Shown piece by piece: positions 1 through 8,031 of a stretch of 14,105 nucleotides of DNA. The DNA is taken from assembly GCA_008932965.1 (NCBI GenBank), contig WBXG01000044.1:1-14105 (forward strand), given 5' to 3'. The notes under the pieces were generated by a model, which saw nothing but the letters and a program-made list of their open reading frames with translations, was not told the DNA's origin and made no database searches. Source of the stretch: Verrucomicrobiota bacterium (GTDB lineage Bacteria; Verrucomicrobiota; Verrucomicrobiia; Chthoniobacterales; UBA6821). Numbering within the stretch: the stretch's first letter is position 1; the number at the start of each line of letters is the position of its first letter. The position numbers were made by a program, and so were the translations under genes.

Positions 1-1695
1 ACGATAAAATTTTTGAATGGTTAATTTGAGTGATCCTGCTTCTTGTGAACCTTGAAAAAGAGGCATGAATTTGCTGACATCGAGGACAGTCTGAACAGTT
101 CCTTTGCCAAAAGTCCGCTGATCACCAACAATGACAGCGCGGTGGTAATCTTGAAGTGCTCCGGCAAAGATTTCACTTGCTGAAGCGCTCAGTGTGTTGG
201 TGAGCACAATCATTGGACCGTCATACAAGGGAGTCGGTTCATGGTTAAAGGAAATGGTAATATTTCCATTGGAATCTTTCGCTTGAACAACAGGACCAGC
301 ACCAATGAAAAGCCCCGTTAAATTAATAGCTTCTTCTAAAGAGCCTCCACCATTGCGACGTAAGTCAATAACAAGTCCTTGAATGTTTTCTTTTTTGAGA
401 CGTGTGAGAAGTAGACGAACATCCTTGGTGGTGCTTTTTGCATCAGGAGCACCATGACGATCCATTTCTGAATAAAATGCAGGAATAGTGAGCCAACCAA
501 ATTTTTCCTCCTGCTTATTAGCACCCAAAACATAAATAAGTTCCGCTTTGACTTCCGATTCTTTTAGTTTCACTTCATCACGTGTGAGTGAGATAATAAC
601 TCGCTTTGAAGGGTCTGTGGCATCTGCAGGAATGACCTGCAAGCGCACTTGAGATCCTTTTTTACCACGTACTTTCTCGACAACTTTATCAAGTCTTAAG
701 TCAATAACATCTTCAAAAGGAGCTGCTCCTTGTGCAACTGCAGTAATACGATCGTTTTCCTTAAGTCTGCCGTCGCGGTCAGCAGGCCCTCCTGGAACAA
801 CTTCAACAATACGCGTGTAGCCATCATCAGCACGCAGCACTGCACCAATACCAATGAGAGAGAGGCGCATTTGAATGTTAAAATTATCCATATCAGAAGG
901 ACTCATGTATTCGGAATGAGGATCATAACTTTCTGAGAGAGCTATTAAAAATGCTCTTACGATATCCTCCTCTTTCTGCTCATGGAGGACCTTGAGCATT
1001 TGATCGTACCGGTGAATAATAATTTTTGCAGGAGAGTCTGTGGAGTTTTTATTGAGCTTTTCTTGTAGTAATTCAGCTTCAACTCGATCATTCCAGAGCT
1101 GGTCTGCAGCATGTTCATCAAGAGGCCAATCGGCTTTTTGGCGATTCATTTCAACAGTGCCATTAGAGGAGAAATCGTGCTTTGCTGCTGCAATGATTTT
1201 ATTTTTTGAGACACGTTCTTCAACACGTTGACGAAAGCGATCATAAATTGCTTTTGCATTTGTTAAATCGCCTCTCAATAAATCAGTGCCAATAGTCGAT
1301 TCATATCTTTGCTGAAACTCCTTGATGTCTGCTTGTGTAAAGTAAAGGTGATTGTAATCCAAAAACTGAAGGTAGTTTTTCAGTATTCTCTGAGGCATAG
1401 TCAGAGGTGGTGTTGCCGAGTCATGAGGAGGATTCGGATCACTTAAGGAGAGCCTCAAAAAATGCCCCTGCTCTAAAATGCGCCCTACAGTTGCTGCAAC
1501 GGGTCCCATTTCTACTAGGGAAAATGGAGAAGGAGTTACTGATGGGAGTGATGAGGTGCTTGAAACTACTGAGGAGTCCTTTTTTGGCGGCTCTGTAGCC
1601 CTAGAAAAAGAAGCAAGAAAAATAACAAGTGCAAAAAGAAAAGTGACAATACATTGTTTTGGAAATGTTTTAAAACAAGAAGATCGGTAGCTCAT
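1..1695 (-). CDS. prc: Tail-specific / carboxy-terminal processing protease (peptidase S41), N-terminal 565 codons; the C-terminus lies beyond the left window edge
   Basis: My own minus-strand translation is open from ATG (1695-1693) to nt 1, with no stop. It is missing from the ORF track because the 3' end is outside the window. The N-terminus MSYRSSCFKTFPKQCIVTFLFALVIFLASFS looks like a signal peptide or membrane anchor. There is a PDZ-like segment IGIGAVLRADDGYTRIVEVVPGGPADRDGRLKENDRITAV. S41 signatures are DLRRNGGGSLEEAI (nt 325-366) and LTNTLSASASEIFAGALQDYHRAVIVGDQRTFGKGTVQ (nt 91-204), which contain the catalytic Ser (SASASE) and Lys (TFGKG) contexts. Confidence 0.85.
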   Translation of the reverse strand, partial: MSYRSSCFKTFPKQCIVTFLFALVIFLASFSRATEPPKKDSSVVSSTSSLPSVTPSPFSLVEMGPVAATVGRILEQGHFLRLSLSDPNPPHDSATPPLTMPQRILKNYLQFLDYNHLYFTQADIKEFQQRYESTIGTDLLRGDLTNAKAIYDRFRQRVEERVSKNKIIAAAKHDFSSNGTVEMNRQKADWPLDEHAADQLWNDRVEAELLQEKLNKNSTDSPAKIIIHRYDQMLKVLHEQKEEDIVRAFLIALSESYDPHSEYMSPSDMDNFNIQMRLSLIGIGAVLRADDGYTRIVEVVPGGPADRDGRLKENDRITAVAQGAAPFEDVIDLRLDKVVEKVRGKKGSQVRLQVIPADATDPSKRVIISLTRDEVKLKESEVKAELIYVLGANKQEEKFGWLTIPAFYSEMDRHGAPDAKSTTKDVRLLLTRLKKENIQGLVIDLRRNGGGSLEEAINLTGLFIGAGPVVQAKDSNGNITISFNHEPTPLYDGPMIVLTNTLSASASEIFAGALQDYHRAVIVGDQRTFGKGTVQTVLDVSKFMPLFQGSQEAGSLKLTIQKFYR

Positions 1696-1774
1696 TGTAC
1701 TAAAAGGAAAATTCATTTTGAGAGGTCAGTAAAGAAATCTTGCAGAGGATGCAGAGAAAAGCAAACTTCGTGTC

Positions 1775-2383
1775 ATGAAAAATATTACTTGTTTTACTGG
1801 TGGTCCTGTTGATACCCGTTCCTATTTAGTAAGCCTACCTGAGGGAAATCTTCTTATTGATGCTCCTGAGGGCTCTGCAGCTTACTTTAAAGAGGCGCCT
1901 ATTAATTTGCTTGTTCTAACACATGGTCATTTTGATCATGTCATGGATGCAGCTAAGATTGTTCGTGAACATCATTGTCCAGTGATGATGCATCAGATCA
2001 CTGAGGATATTGTAGCCGATACTGGGTTGCTGCGTCGGCTCGGTCTCGACTTTCATGTGGAACCCGTTAAAGCCAGTCAATACCTAGTGGAAGGACCTCA
2101 TCAATTATTCCTGGGGCATTCTTTTGATATTTTTGAAGTGCCGGGACACTGCCCTGGAAGCATCTGTTTTTATGATGCTGCAGCTGGTTTGCTTTATGGA
2201 GGAGATGTTTTATTTGCTGGTGGGGTAGGTCGTTGGGATCTCCCTGGAGGCGACCGAGAGTTACTTCTGGATGGAATTCAAAAAAAATTACTCCCACTTC
2301 CTCCTCAAACCCGTGTGTTAGCAGGCCATGGAGCAGAAACGACTATTGGTCATGAGGCAGAAACCAATCCGTATTTACGTTAA
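1775..2383 (+). CDS. MBL-fold metallo-hydrolase (hydroxyacylglutathione hydrolase / YcbL-like)
   Basis: 202-aa ORF with the HxHxDH zinc motif (LTHGHFDH), followed by VPGHCPGS and a late GHG(A). This is the typical short glyoxalase-II-like architecture. Confidence 0.8.
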   Translation: MKNITCFTGGPVDTRSYLVSLPEGNLLIDAPEGSAAYFKEAPINLLVLTHGHFDHVMDAAKIVREHHCPVMMHQITEDIVADTGLLRRLGLDFHVEPVKASQYLVEGPHQLFLGHSFDIFEVPGHCPGSICFYDAAAGLLYGGDVLFAGGVGRWDLPGGDRELLLDGIQKKLLPLPPQTRVLAGHGAETTIGHEAETNPYLR

Positions 2384-2501
2384 AAAAATTAATTATGTTT
2401 TCTAATGTTAAAGTCTTTTTTTATTAAGCATTCTCTTCATTGCAAATATTCCTCTCCTCAAAGCAAAGGAGGGAAGTGGTTCTATCGATGAATCGATAAA
2501 G

Positions 2502-4250
2502 ATGAAGATTTTTTGTGATTTTTTGAATGATTCAGAAAAAAATCATTCGTGTTATGACGAAAAAATGATGGTTTCTCACGGAGATTCTATGCTTTTGCGT
2601 TCTGGAGTCCCTGGAAATTATCTCTTCGAAGCTCTACCTCTTGGAGGAGCAGAGGATACTCCGCTCTTGTTTGTGAGCTGGAATGATATGGTTCAATTTT
2701 GTGAATGGATCAAGAATACTCCTTCAAGGTTTGCTCCTTTCTTGAATTACCCAGTCCCTAGCTCCACGAATATCGACCCTGAATTAAGATTGAACATACC
2801 ACTTTTTCATTTAGTCAATCACGATGCCAACGCCTCAGAACCCGTTGTAAATCCAGAGCTCCTTGCATCTGCTGGGATTGATGAAATTATTGAAAGTATT
2901 TTAGCAGGAGTTTTTATAACTTTAGGAACCCAGGCTGGGTTGCGAGAAATCAACGTTCCATCTGCTTCTAGAGTGCAACACGAGCGTCGTTTTATTTTTC
3001 TCGAAGATACTTCTGAAATAGATAAGGCCACAGACGCTGCAAAAGCCGAAGATCTTTTTAAAAATAGGCTCAAGAATGCCACTGTAAAAATAACCGAAGC
3101 TTCTGATAGCCTGGCTAGTTACCTTAAAGCTAAAAGAGATTCTTCTTTTGATGCTAATAAGCATTTCGAGGAATTTGTAAGACTTCAAAACCAATTGGTA
3201 ACAATGCCAGATCCCTCAGTTAATATAAACGCTCAAAAAGCTTTCATAAGTTGGCGTAATGAAATAAATAGACTTGGTTTTTCTAACATTCATGAACTTC
3301 TTGAAAGTGCTGTATATACAATTACCGGAACAGATCAAGCGCGCCATCATTGGCTTTCGCTTTCAGAAAAAAGTGATCCGCTTGGTACATCTATTGTGGA
3401 GAATTTTAAAGAACAATACCACGATGCCATTAGTGCCAAATTAGCTTATGATGAGGTGGCTCGAAGAATTCCAATGCAAGAAGAGATAGAAACTTGTCAA
3501 ATAGCTTTTCAAGAACCAGTTTTGAAGTCTCCTAAAGCTATGAATAAACAAACATCCAAAGACGATTTATTTAAAGTGGTTTATGAAAATGCAATTGATG
3601 TTACAAAGGCACTTGGTAGAGGTCGTCATTTTTCTCGTCTTGAAATTTATGAGGCTAAATCAAACTTAGCAGAGAAGCTTTTGGATGTTGTTAATAAATG
3701 GAAAAAAAATTCATTCGATCATGAAGGGCTTAAATCTTCATGGAATGAAGCAACTCAAGCAGCTCAAGGCCTTGCATCAGCATGGAGTGAACTTGCAAAA
3801 TGCCATCATCAAGAAAATATTCTTTTTTTTAGAAACACCTTAGAATTGGCAAAGACAAGGCCCATTAAAAATGATCGAGATACTCCTTATGGGCTGGGGC
3901 TTGTTTCGAATGAGGAAGCCAATCGTCTTGGTGAATTGTTGGTTGGTCCTAATCCTACAAGAATAGAAAATGCAGCAAGAGGGGAAAGATTGATTGGTAA
4001 TGCAATTCTCTATGGAGAACATCAAGCGAGACAATATCGATTTCCTGAATTCAAGTCGCGACTAGGGATGGTTCAGGCAAATCTAGAACGGTTCATGCTT
4101 AACTCCAGTGGAAAGAAAGTTGTTATCAATGGCCATTTAAGCATTCTTCATCCGATCGGAGAATATCAAGATAGTGTGGAGTTGCAGTTTGAGGAGTTGC
4201 AGTTTGAGAATGAAAAAGGTGGTGAATCTAATGAGTATAGTGGTAAGTGA
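2502..4250 (+). CDS. Hypothetical 582-aa protein. It has a short FGE/SUMF1-like motif near the N-terminus, a long predicted helical middle, and an unassigned C-terminal module
   Basis: Long uninterrupted ORF with no comparable ORF on other frames. TPLLFVSWNDMVQFCEWI ... LRLNIP resembles the HPV-x-VSW-x-DA-x-AFC-x-W ... RLPTE core of formylglycine-generating-enzyme-type domains, but the rest of that domain is absent. No signal peptide or TM segment is evident. The start codon is uncertain, since no SD lies at a proper distance and Met22/Met23 are alternatives. Confidence 0.7.
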   Translation: MKIFCDFLNDSEKNHSCYDEKMMVSHGDSMLLRSGVPGNYLFEALPLGGAEDTPLLFVSWNDMVQFCEWIKNTPSRFAPFLNYPVPSSTNIDPELRLNIPLFHLVNHDANASEPVVNPELLASAGIDEIIESILAGVFITLGTQAGLREINVPSASRVQHERRFIFLEDTSEIDKATDAAKAEDLFKNRLKNATVKITEASDSLASYLKAKRDSSFDANKHFEEFVRLQNQLVTMPDPSVNINAQKAFISWRNEINRLGFSNIHELLESAVYTITGTDQARHHWLSLSEKSDPLGTSIVENFKEQYHDAISAKLAYDEVARRIPMQEEIETCQIAFQEPVLKSPKAMNKQTSKDDLFKVVYENAIDVTKALGRGRHFSRLEIYEAKSNLAEKLLDVVNKWKKNSFDHEGLKSSWNEATQAAQGLASAWSELAKCHHQENILFFRNTLELAKTRPIKNDRDTPYGLGLVSNEEANRLGELLVGPNPTRIENAARGERLIGNAILYGEHQARQYRFPEFKSRLGMVQANLERFMLNSSGKKVVINGHLSILHPIGEYQDSVELQFEELQFENEKGGESNEYSGK

Positions 4251-4267
4251 TTTGGAAGATATCTTTG

Positions 4268-4291
4268 AGTCTTTTGCTTGTACAAAAGACT
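4268..4291 (+). terminator. Candidate intrinsic terminator hairpin between the convergent 582-aa ORF and rluE
   Basis: agtcttttg-cttgta-caaaagact forms a perfect 9-bp stem with a 6-nt loop, 18 nt after the stop at 4250. It is followed by the T-rich tttaattatt. The stem is AT-rich, so it would be weak. Confidence 0.4.
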
Positions 4292-4349
4292 TTAATTATT
4301 CATGACATATATTATCTAAAGTTATTGAAGTGACTGTGAATGACCATTC

Positions 4350-4916
4350 CTACAGAGCTAAAAGTAATCGCCTCTGCTTTTCTGATATTTTTTTCCAGGT
4401 TCCCGCAGAAAGGTCCCCTAGCTCTAAATTTCCAATACTCACTCGTAGTAAGCGCAAAGTGGCATGGCCAATGGCGGCTGTCATACGACGGACCTGGCGA
4501 TTTTTTCCTTCGATGAGTTCCAAAGCAATCCAGCAATCAGAAACTGTTTTTCTAACACGGATGGGTGGATCACGTGGTGGAAGAGTCGGTTGTGGATCCA
4601 ATAACCAGGAGGTTGCGGGAAGAGTTTGATAATCCTGAATCCAAAGTCCCTGTTCGAATTTTTTAAGAGAGTTGAGTGAAGGGATTCCTTCTACCTGAGC
4701 CCAGTAAGTACGTCGGTGTGCATTTTTGGGATCAAGAAGTTTTGAATTGAGTCCAGCCTCATCACTCAATAAGAGTAATCCCTCCGAGTCGGCATCAAGA
4801 CGTCCTAAGGGATAAACCCCTGCAGGGAATCCAAAATCTGCCAATGTGCGATGTGAAGAACCATCAGCTGTAAATTGAGAGAGGCAGCCGTACGGTTTGT
4901 GAAATGCAAGTACCAT
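4350..4916 (-). CDS. rluE: 23S rRNA pseudouridine synthase, RluE/RsuA family
   Basis: 188-aa ORF with FHKPYGCLSQFT, the catalytic-Asp motif GRLDADSEGLLLLS, YWAQVEGIP and KNRQVRRMTAAIGH. These are colinear with E. coli RluE (NKPYDVLPQFT, GRLDRDSEGLLVLT, YYVQVEGIP, RNRQVRRMTAHVG). Confidence 0.8.
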   Translation of the reverse strand: MVLAFHKPYGCLSQFTADGSSHRTLADFGFPAGVYPLGRLDADSEGLLLLSDEAGLNSKLLDPKNAHRRTYWAQVEGIPSLNSLKKFEQGLWIQDYQTLPATSWLLDPQPTLPPRDPPIRVRKTVSDCWIALELIEGKNRQVRRMTAAIGHATLRLLRVSIGNLELGDLSAGTWKKISEKQRRLLLAL

Positions 4917-4959
4917 GAAAAATATTCTTTCTGTTTTTTTTACTAACCTTTATGAGAGG

Positions 4960-4988
4960 TTGACATTGAGCCCGAAGAGATAGATAGT
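4960..4988 (+). promoter_or_regulatory. Candidate sigma-70-type promoter for typA
   Basis: TTGACA (4960-4965), a 17-nt spacer, then GATAGT (4983-4988), about 20 nt upstream of the typA ATG at 5008. Motif match only. The implied leader is very short and lacks an SD. Confidence 0.35.
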
Positions 4989-5007
4989 ATCCACCCTTTT
5001 ATTTTTT

Positions 5008-6846
5008 ATGGAATCATCTTTAGAATCAATTCGCAACATCGCTATTATCGCTCACGTGGATCATGGCAAAACCACGCTTGTCGACCAGCTTCTCAAGCAA
5101 GCCGGAACCTTCCGTGCCAATGAGGCTAAGGCTTCGGAGGAGCGGATCATGGATTCTATGGATCTGGAACGTGAAAAAGGAATCACCATCAAAGCAAAAA
5201 ATGCTGCTTTTAAGTGGAAAGAATACCATGTCAATATCGTCGACACTCCAGGTCATGCTGACTTTGGTGGCGAAGTAGAGCGTATCATGAAAATGGTTGA
5301 TGGTGTTCTTTTAGTTGTCGATGCTCATGATGGGCCGCAGGCCCAGACAAAGTTTGTTCTAAAAAAAGCCCTCGAAAATGGAGCTAAACCGATTGTTGTC
5401 ATCAATAAAATTGATCGTGAAAATGCACGTCCTCACAAGGTGCTCGATATGGTCTTTGAACTTTTCTTGGAGTTAGGAGCTAATGATTCCCAGCTCGATT
5501 TCCCTGTTGTCTATGCTAGTGCTAAACAAGGCTATGCTAAGCAGGAGATTGATCAGGAGAGCATCACGATGGAGCCACTCTATGAGGCCATTATAAAACA
5601 TATCCCCTGCCCTAAAAAATCAGAGGCCGCTTATTTTCAGATGCTAGTCTCCAATCTTGATTGGAGCGACTACCTCGGTCGTATTGCTTATGGCAGGATT
5701 ATTAGTGGTAAAATTAAAGTTGGTGACTCCATCGTCTGTATTCATATAGATGGTAAAAAAGAGAAAAAGAATGTAACTGCTCTTTTTGGCCACCAAGGTT
5801 TAGCTAAGATCGAACTTAAAGAGGCCTCCGAAGGTGATATTATCGGCCTTGCAGGCTTTGAAGATGTATTTATTGGTGAGACCTTAACCGATAGTGAAGA
5901 GCGTCCTGCTCTTGATTTCGTCGACATCGACCCTCCAACGATCACGATGAAGATTTGTATTAATGATGGACCCCTTGCTGGTAAAGAAGGAAAACTGGTA
6001 ACAGCTCGCCAAATTAGTGAGCGCCTTGTCCGTGAAACACGTACCAATGTTTCTATTGAAGTCAAAGATACAGACACAGCTGGGCATTTTCAAATTAAGG
6101 CTCGTGGAGAGATGCAAATTGCTGTGATTGTGGAGCAGATGCGCCGTGAGGGCTTTGAGCTCCTTGTTTCACGACCTGAGGTAATTTTCAAACGAGATGC
6201 TGAGGGGAATCTCATTGAGCCCCTTGAGAGTGTCTACATCGATGTTCCAAAAGATAACCTAGGTGATATTTTACAAAGCCTTGCCGGCCGTAAAGCAGAC
6301 ATCATTTCAATGGACCATCAAGCGCATAGCGTCACGGTAGAGGCAGTCGTCCCAACACGTGGATTGATCGGCTTTGAAACTGATCTTGTCAATGCAACTA
6401 AAGGTCATGGCATTATGTCTCACCTCTTTAAAGAATATGCCGCTTACAAAGGGGAGATCCCGACACGTAACAACGGTGTTCTTATTTCGATGGAAAATGG
6501 AACCAGTATGGCCTACGCCCTCGATACTATCCAAGAACGCGGACGCCTCTTCATTGGACCTCAAGAAGAGGTCTATATTGGGATGGTCATTGGAGAAAAT
6601 GCCCGCCCTGATGATATGCCAGTCAATCCATGTAAGGCCAAGAAACTTTCTAATATGCGCAGTACTGGTGATGGTAAAGGGATCTCTCTAACCCCTCCCC
6701 TCAAGATGACCTTAGAGCGTTCTCTGGAATATATTGCCAATGATGAATATGTCGAAGTGACCCCGCTGAGTCTTCGCCTTCGTAAGAAGATCTTGGATGC
6801 CACAGCACGTAAGCGGATGAGTGCGACCCCTGTTATTGCAGAGTAG
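5008..6846 (+). CDS. typA: Translational GTPase TypA/BipA
   Basis: 612-aa ORF. It starts IRNIAIIAHVDHGKTTLVDQLL (G1), then DTPGHADFGGEVER (G3) and NKIDR (G4). The C-terminal half is EF-G-like and ends with the BipA-specific region (LSLRLRKKILD). Confidence 0.95.
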   Translation: MESSLESIRNIAIIAHVDHGKTTLVDQLLKQAGTFRANEAKASEERIMDSMDLEREKGITIKAKNAAFKWKEYHVNIVDTPGHADFGGEVERIMKMVDGVLLVVDAHDGPQAQTKFVLKKALENGAKPIVVINKIDRENARPHKVLDMVFELFLELGANDSQLDFPVVYASAKQGYAKQEIDQESITMEPLYEAIIKHIPCPKKSEAAYFQMLVSNLDWSDYLGRIAYGRIISGKIKVGDSIVCIHIDGKKEKKNVTALFGHQGLAKIELKEASEGDIIGLAGFEDVFIGETLTDSEERPALDFVDIDPPTITMKICINDGPLAGKEGKLVTARQISERLVRETRTNVSIEVKDTDTAGHFQIKARGEMQIAVIVEQMRREGFELLVSRPEVIFKRDAEGNLIEPLESVYIDVPKDNLGDILQSLAGRKADIISMDHQAHSVTVEAVVPTRGLIGFETDLVNATKGHGIMSHLFKEYAAYKGEIPTRNNGVLISMENGTSMAYALDTIQERGRLFIGPQEEVYIGMVIGENARPDDMPVNPCKAKKLSNMRSTGDGKGISLTPPLKMTLERSLEYIANDEYVEVTPLSLRLRKKILDATARKRMSATPVIAE

Positions 6847-6887
6847 CCTTCATTGTAAGGCAACTCCTGAAAAAAGTGAAGGGTTAA

Positions 6888-7063
6888 CCCACATATTTCA
6901 TACCAATCACCTATGGAATCCGGGAAGCCAGATGGATACTGCGTTAGCTTTGAATTGCTCCTCGGGCAGTATGAAACATACAGCCGTCGTCACAATCCAT
7001 CACCTTCCTTCTCTGCATCTGGATTCGCGGCGCCTCGCGACGAACCAGTATGAAATATGCGGG
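6888..7063 (+). mobile_element. 176-bp non-coding element with terminal inverted repeats (MITE-like), copy A, flanked by TTAA/TTAA
   Basis: Left end CCCACATATTTCATAC and right end GTATGAAATATGCGGG form a 16-bp inverted repeat with 1 mismatch. TTAA lies immediately outside both ends (6884-6887 and 7064-7067). The element is homologous over its full length to two more 176-bp copies at 12115-12470. Confidence 0.8.
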
Positions 7064-7228
7064 TTAAAAGTATTATAAGATCAAAAATAGAAGTTAGAAA
7101 ACAGCACTTGATTTTGTGCAAGCTACTCTGCACGATTCATCCTCAACTTTTTCTGTAATGGAAAAACTCTTCGATCACCTTGTTGATTGTTGTATCAAAA
7201 GTTAAATTAACATTTATAAAAAACTCTC

Positions 7229-7960
7229 ATGGGACGCCAATGGCTCTTAGCAAAGCGTGAAGTATCTTCACTCAAAAAATCGAAAGCAACTGGGAAATTT
7301 GTTCGTGAAATTACCATTGCAGCTCGTCAAGGAGGTGCTGATCCAGCTAGTAATGCTCGTTTAGCAGCAGCCATTGATAAGGCAAAACGAGAGAGTGTGT
7401 CGCGTGATGTTATCGAGAGAGCCATTCAGAAAGGATCTGGAACTGGCGATGATAAAACATCACTCGAGCATATTGTCTTTGAAGGATACACACCGCACAA
7501 AGTTCCTGTGATCGTGGAGGTCTTTACTGATAACAATAATCGCACCGCCCCAGAAATTCGTGTCCTTTTTCGTGAAGCTCAGCTTGGAAATCCAGGGAGC
7601 AATAAGTTTCTTTTTGACCATGTCGGTTTAGTGGAAGCCTACACAACTAATCTCCAGGCCGATCTTGAAGAGGCAGCTATTGAAGCTGGAGCAAGTGAGG
7701 TGGAACCCTTAACCCATGCTCACAATGATGATATCCCAAACGATGCTCTAGGAGCCCGTTTTATTACTGAAAGAGCAGCCACTCATACTGTTTCTGAGTG
7801 GCTTTTACAGCATGGCTGGAGTGTGATTACGAGTGAAATTGGCTACGTTGCTAAAAATTTTCCTGAACTTTCGGAGGGGGAACGTCATGATGTTGTTGCT
7901 TTTTTAGAGACCCTGGAGGAGCATGATGATGTCCATCGTGTCTGGGCTGCGTTGAAATAA
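7229..7960 (+). CDS. yebC: YebC/PmpR-family DNA-binding transcriptional regulator
   Basis: 243-aa ORF containing KFVREITIAARQGGADPASNARLAAAIDKAKRESVSRDVIERAIQKGSG, the hallmark YebC N-terminal region. Length and C-terminal organisation fit the family. The extreme N-terminus (MGRQWLLAKRE) diverges from the usual MAGHSKWANIKH. Confidence 0.85.
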   Translation: MGRQWLLAKREVSSLKKSKATGKFVREITIAARQGGADPASNARLAAAIDKAKRESVSRDVIERAIQKGSGTGDDKTSLEHIVFEGYTPHKVPVIVEVFTDNNNRTAPEIRVLFREAQLGNPGSNKFLFDHVGLVEAYTTNLQADLEEAAIEAGASEVEPLTHAHNDDIPNDALGARFITERAATHTVSEWLLQHGWSVITSEIGYVAKNFPELSEGERHDVVAFLETLEEHDDVHRVWAALK

Positions 7961-8031
7961 GCTTCCATAGAATATTTCTTAAGAATTAGAATCTTTGTTA
8001 GTTTTACAAAGTAATAGCTACCTGATGCTCT

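Noticed and set aside
336-1690. Short tracked ORFs (336-533 -, 730-936 +, 1040-1231 +, 1407-1598 +, 1478-1690 +) in the first 1.7 kb
   Set aside because: All lie inside, or antisense to, the 565-codon open minus-strand frame that carries unmistakable S41 protease motifs. They have no motifs of their own and show odd, low-complexity composition.
4179-4208. Perfect 15-bp tandem duplication GAGTTGCAGTTTGAG x2, encoding ELQFE-ELQFE at the C-terminus of the 582-aa ORF
   Set aside because: The duplication is real but has only two units and is in-frame. It most likely arose by replication slippage in a disordered tail. It is too short to call a repeat array or a phase-variation tract.
5026-6863. 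Multiple tracked ORFs overlapping typA on other frames or strands (for example 5742-6077 -, 6374-6691 +, 6573-6863 -)
   Set aside because: They are embedded in a highly conserved GTPase gene. They look like shadow ORFs typical of long genes and have no motifs.
6821-7078. Tracked 85-aa ORF spanning the typA 3' end and intergenic region
   Set aside because: It reads straight through the 176-bp TIR element (copy A). The homologous copies do not preserve the frame, and one is inverted. It is a spurious ORF in a repeat.
7158-7205. 15-codon mini-ORF (MEKLFDHLVDCCIKS) in the yebC upstream region
   Set aside because: No SD, no recognisable peptide family, and it lies in AT-rich spacer DNA where such ORFs arise by chance.
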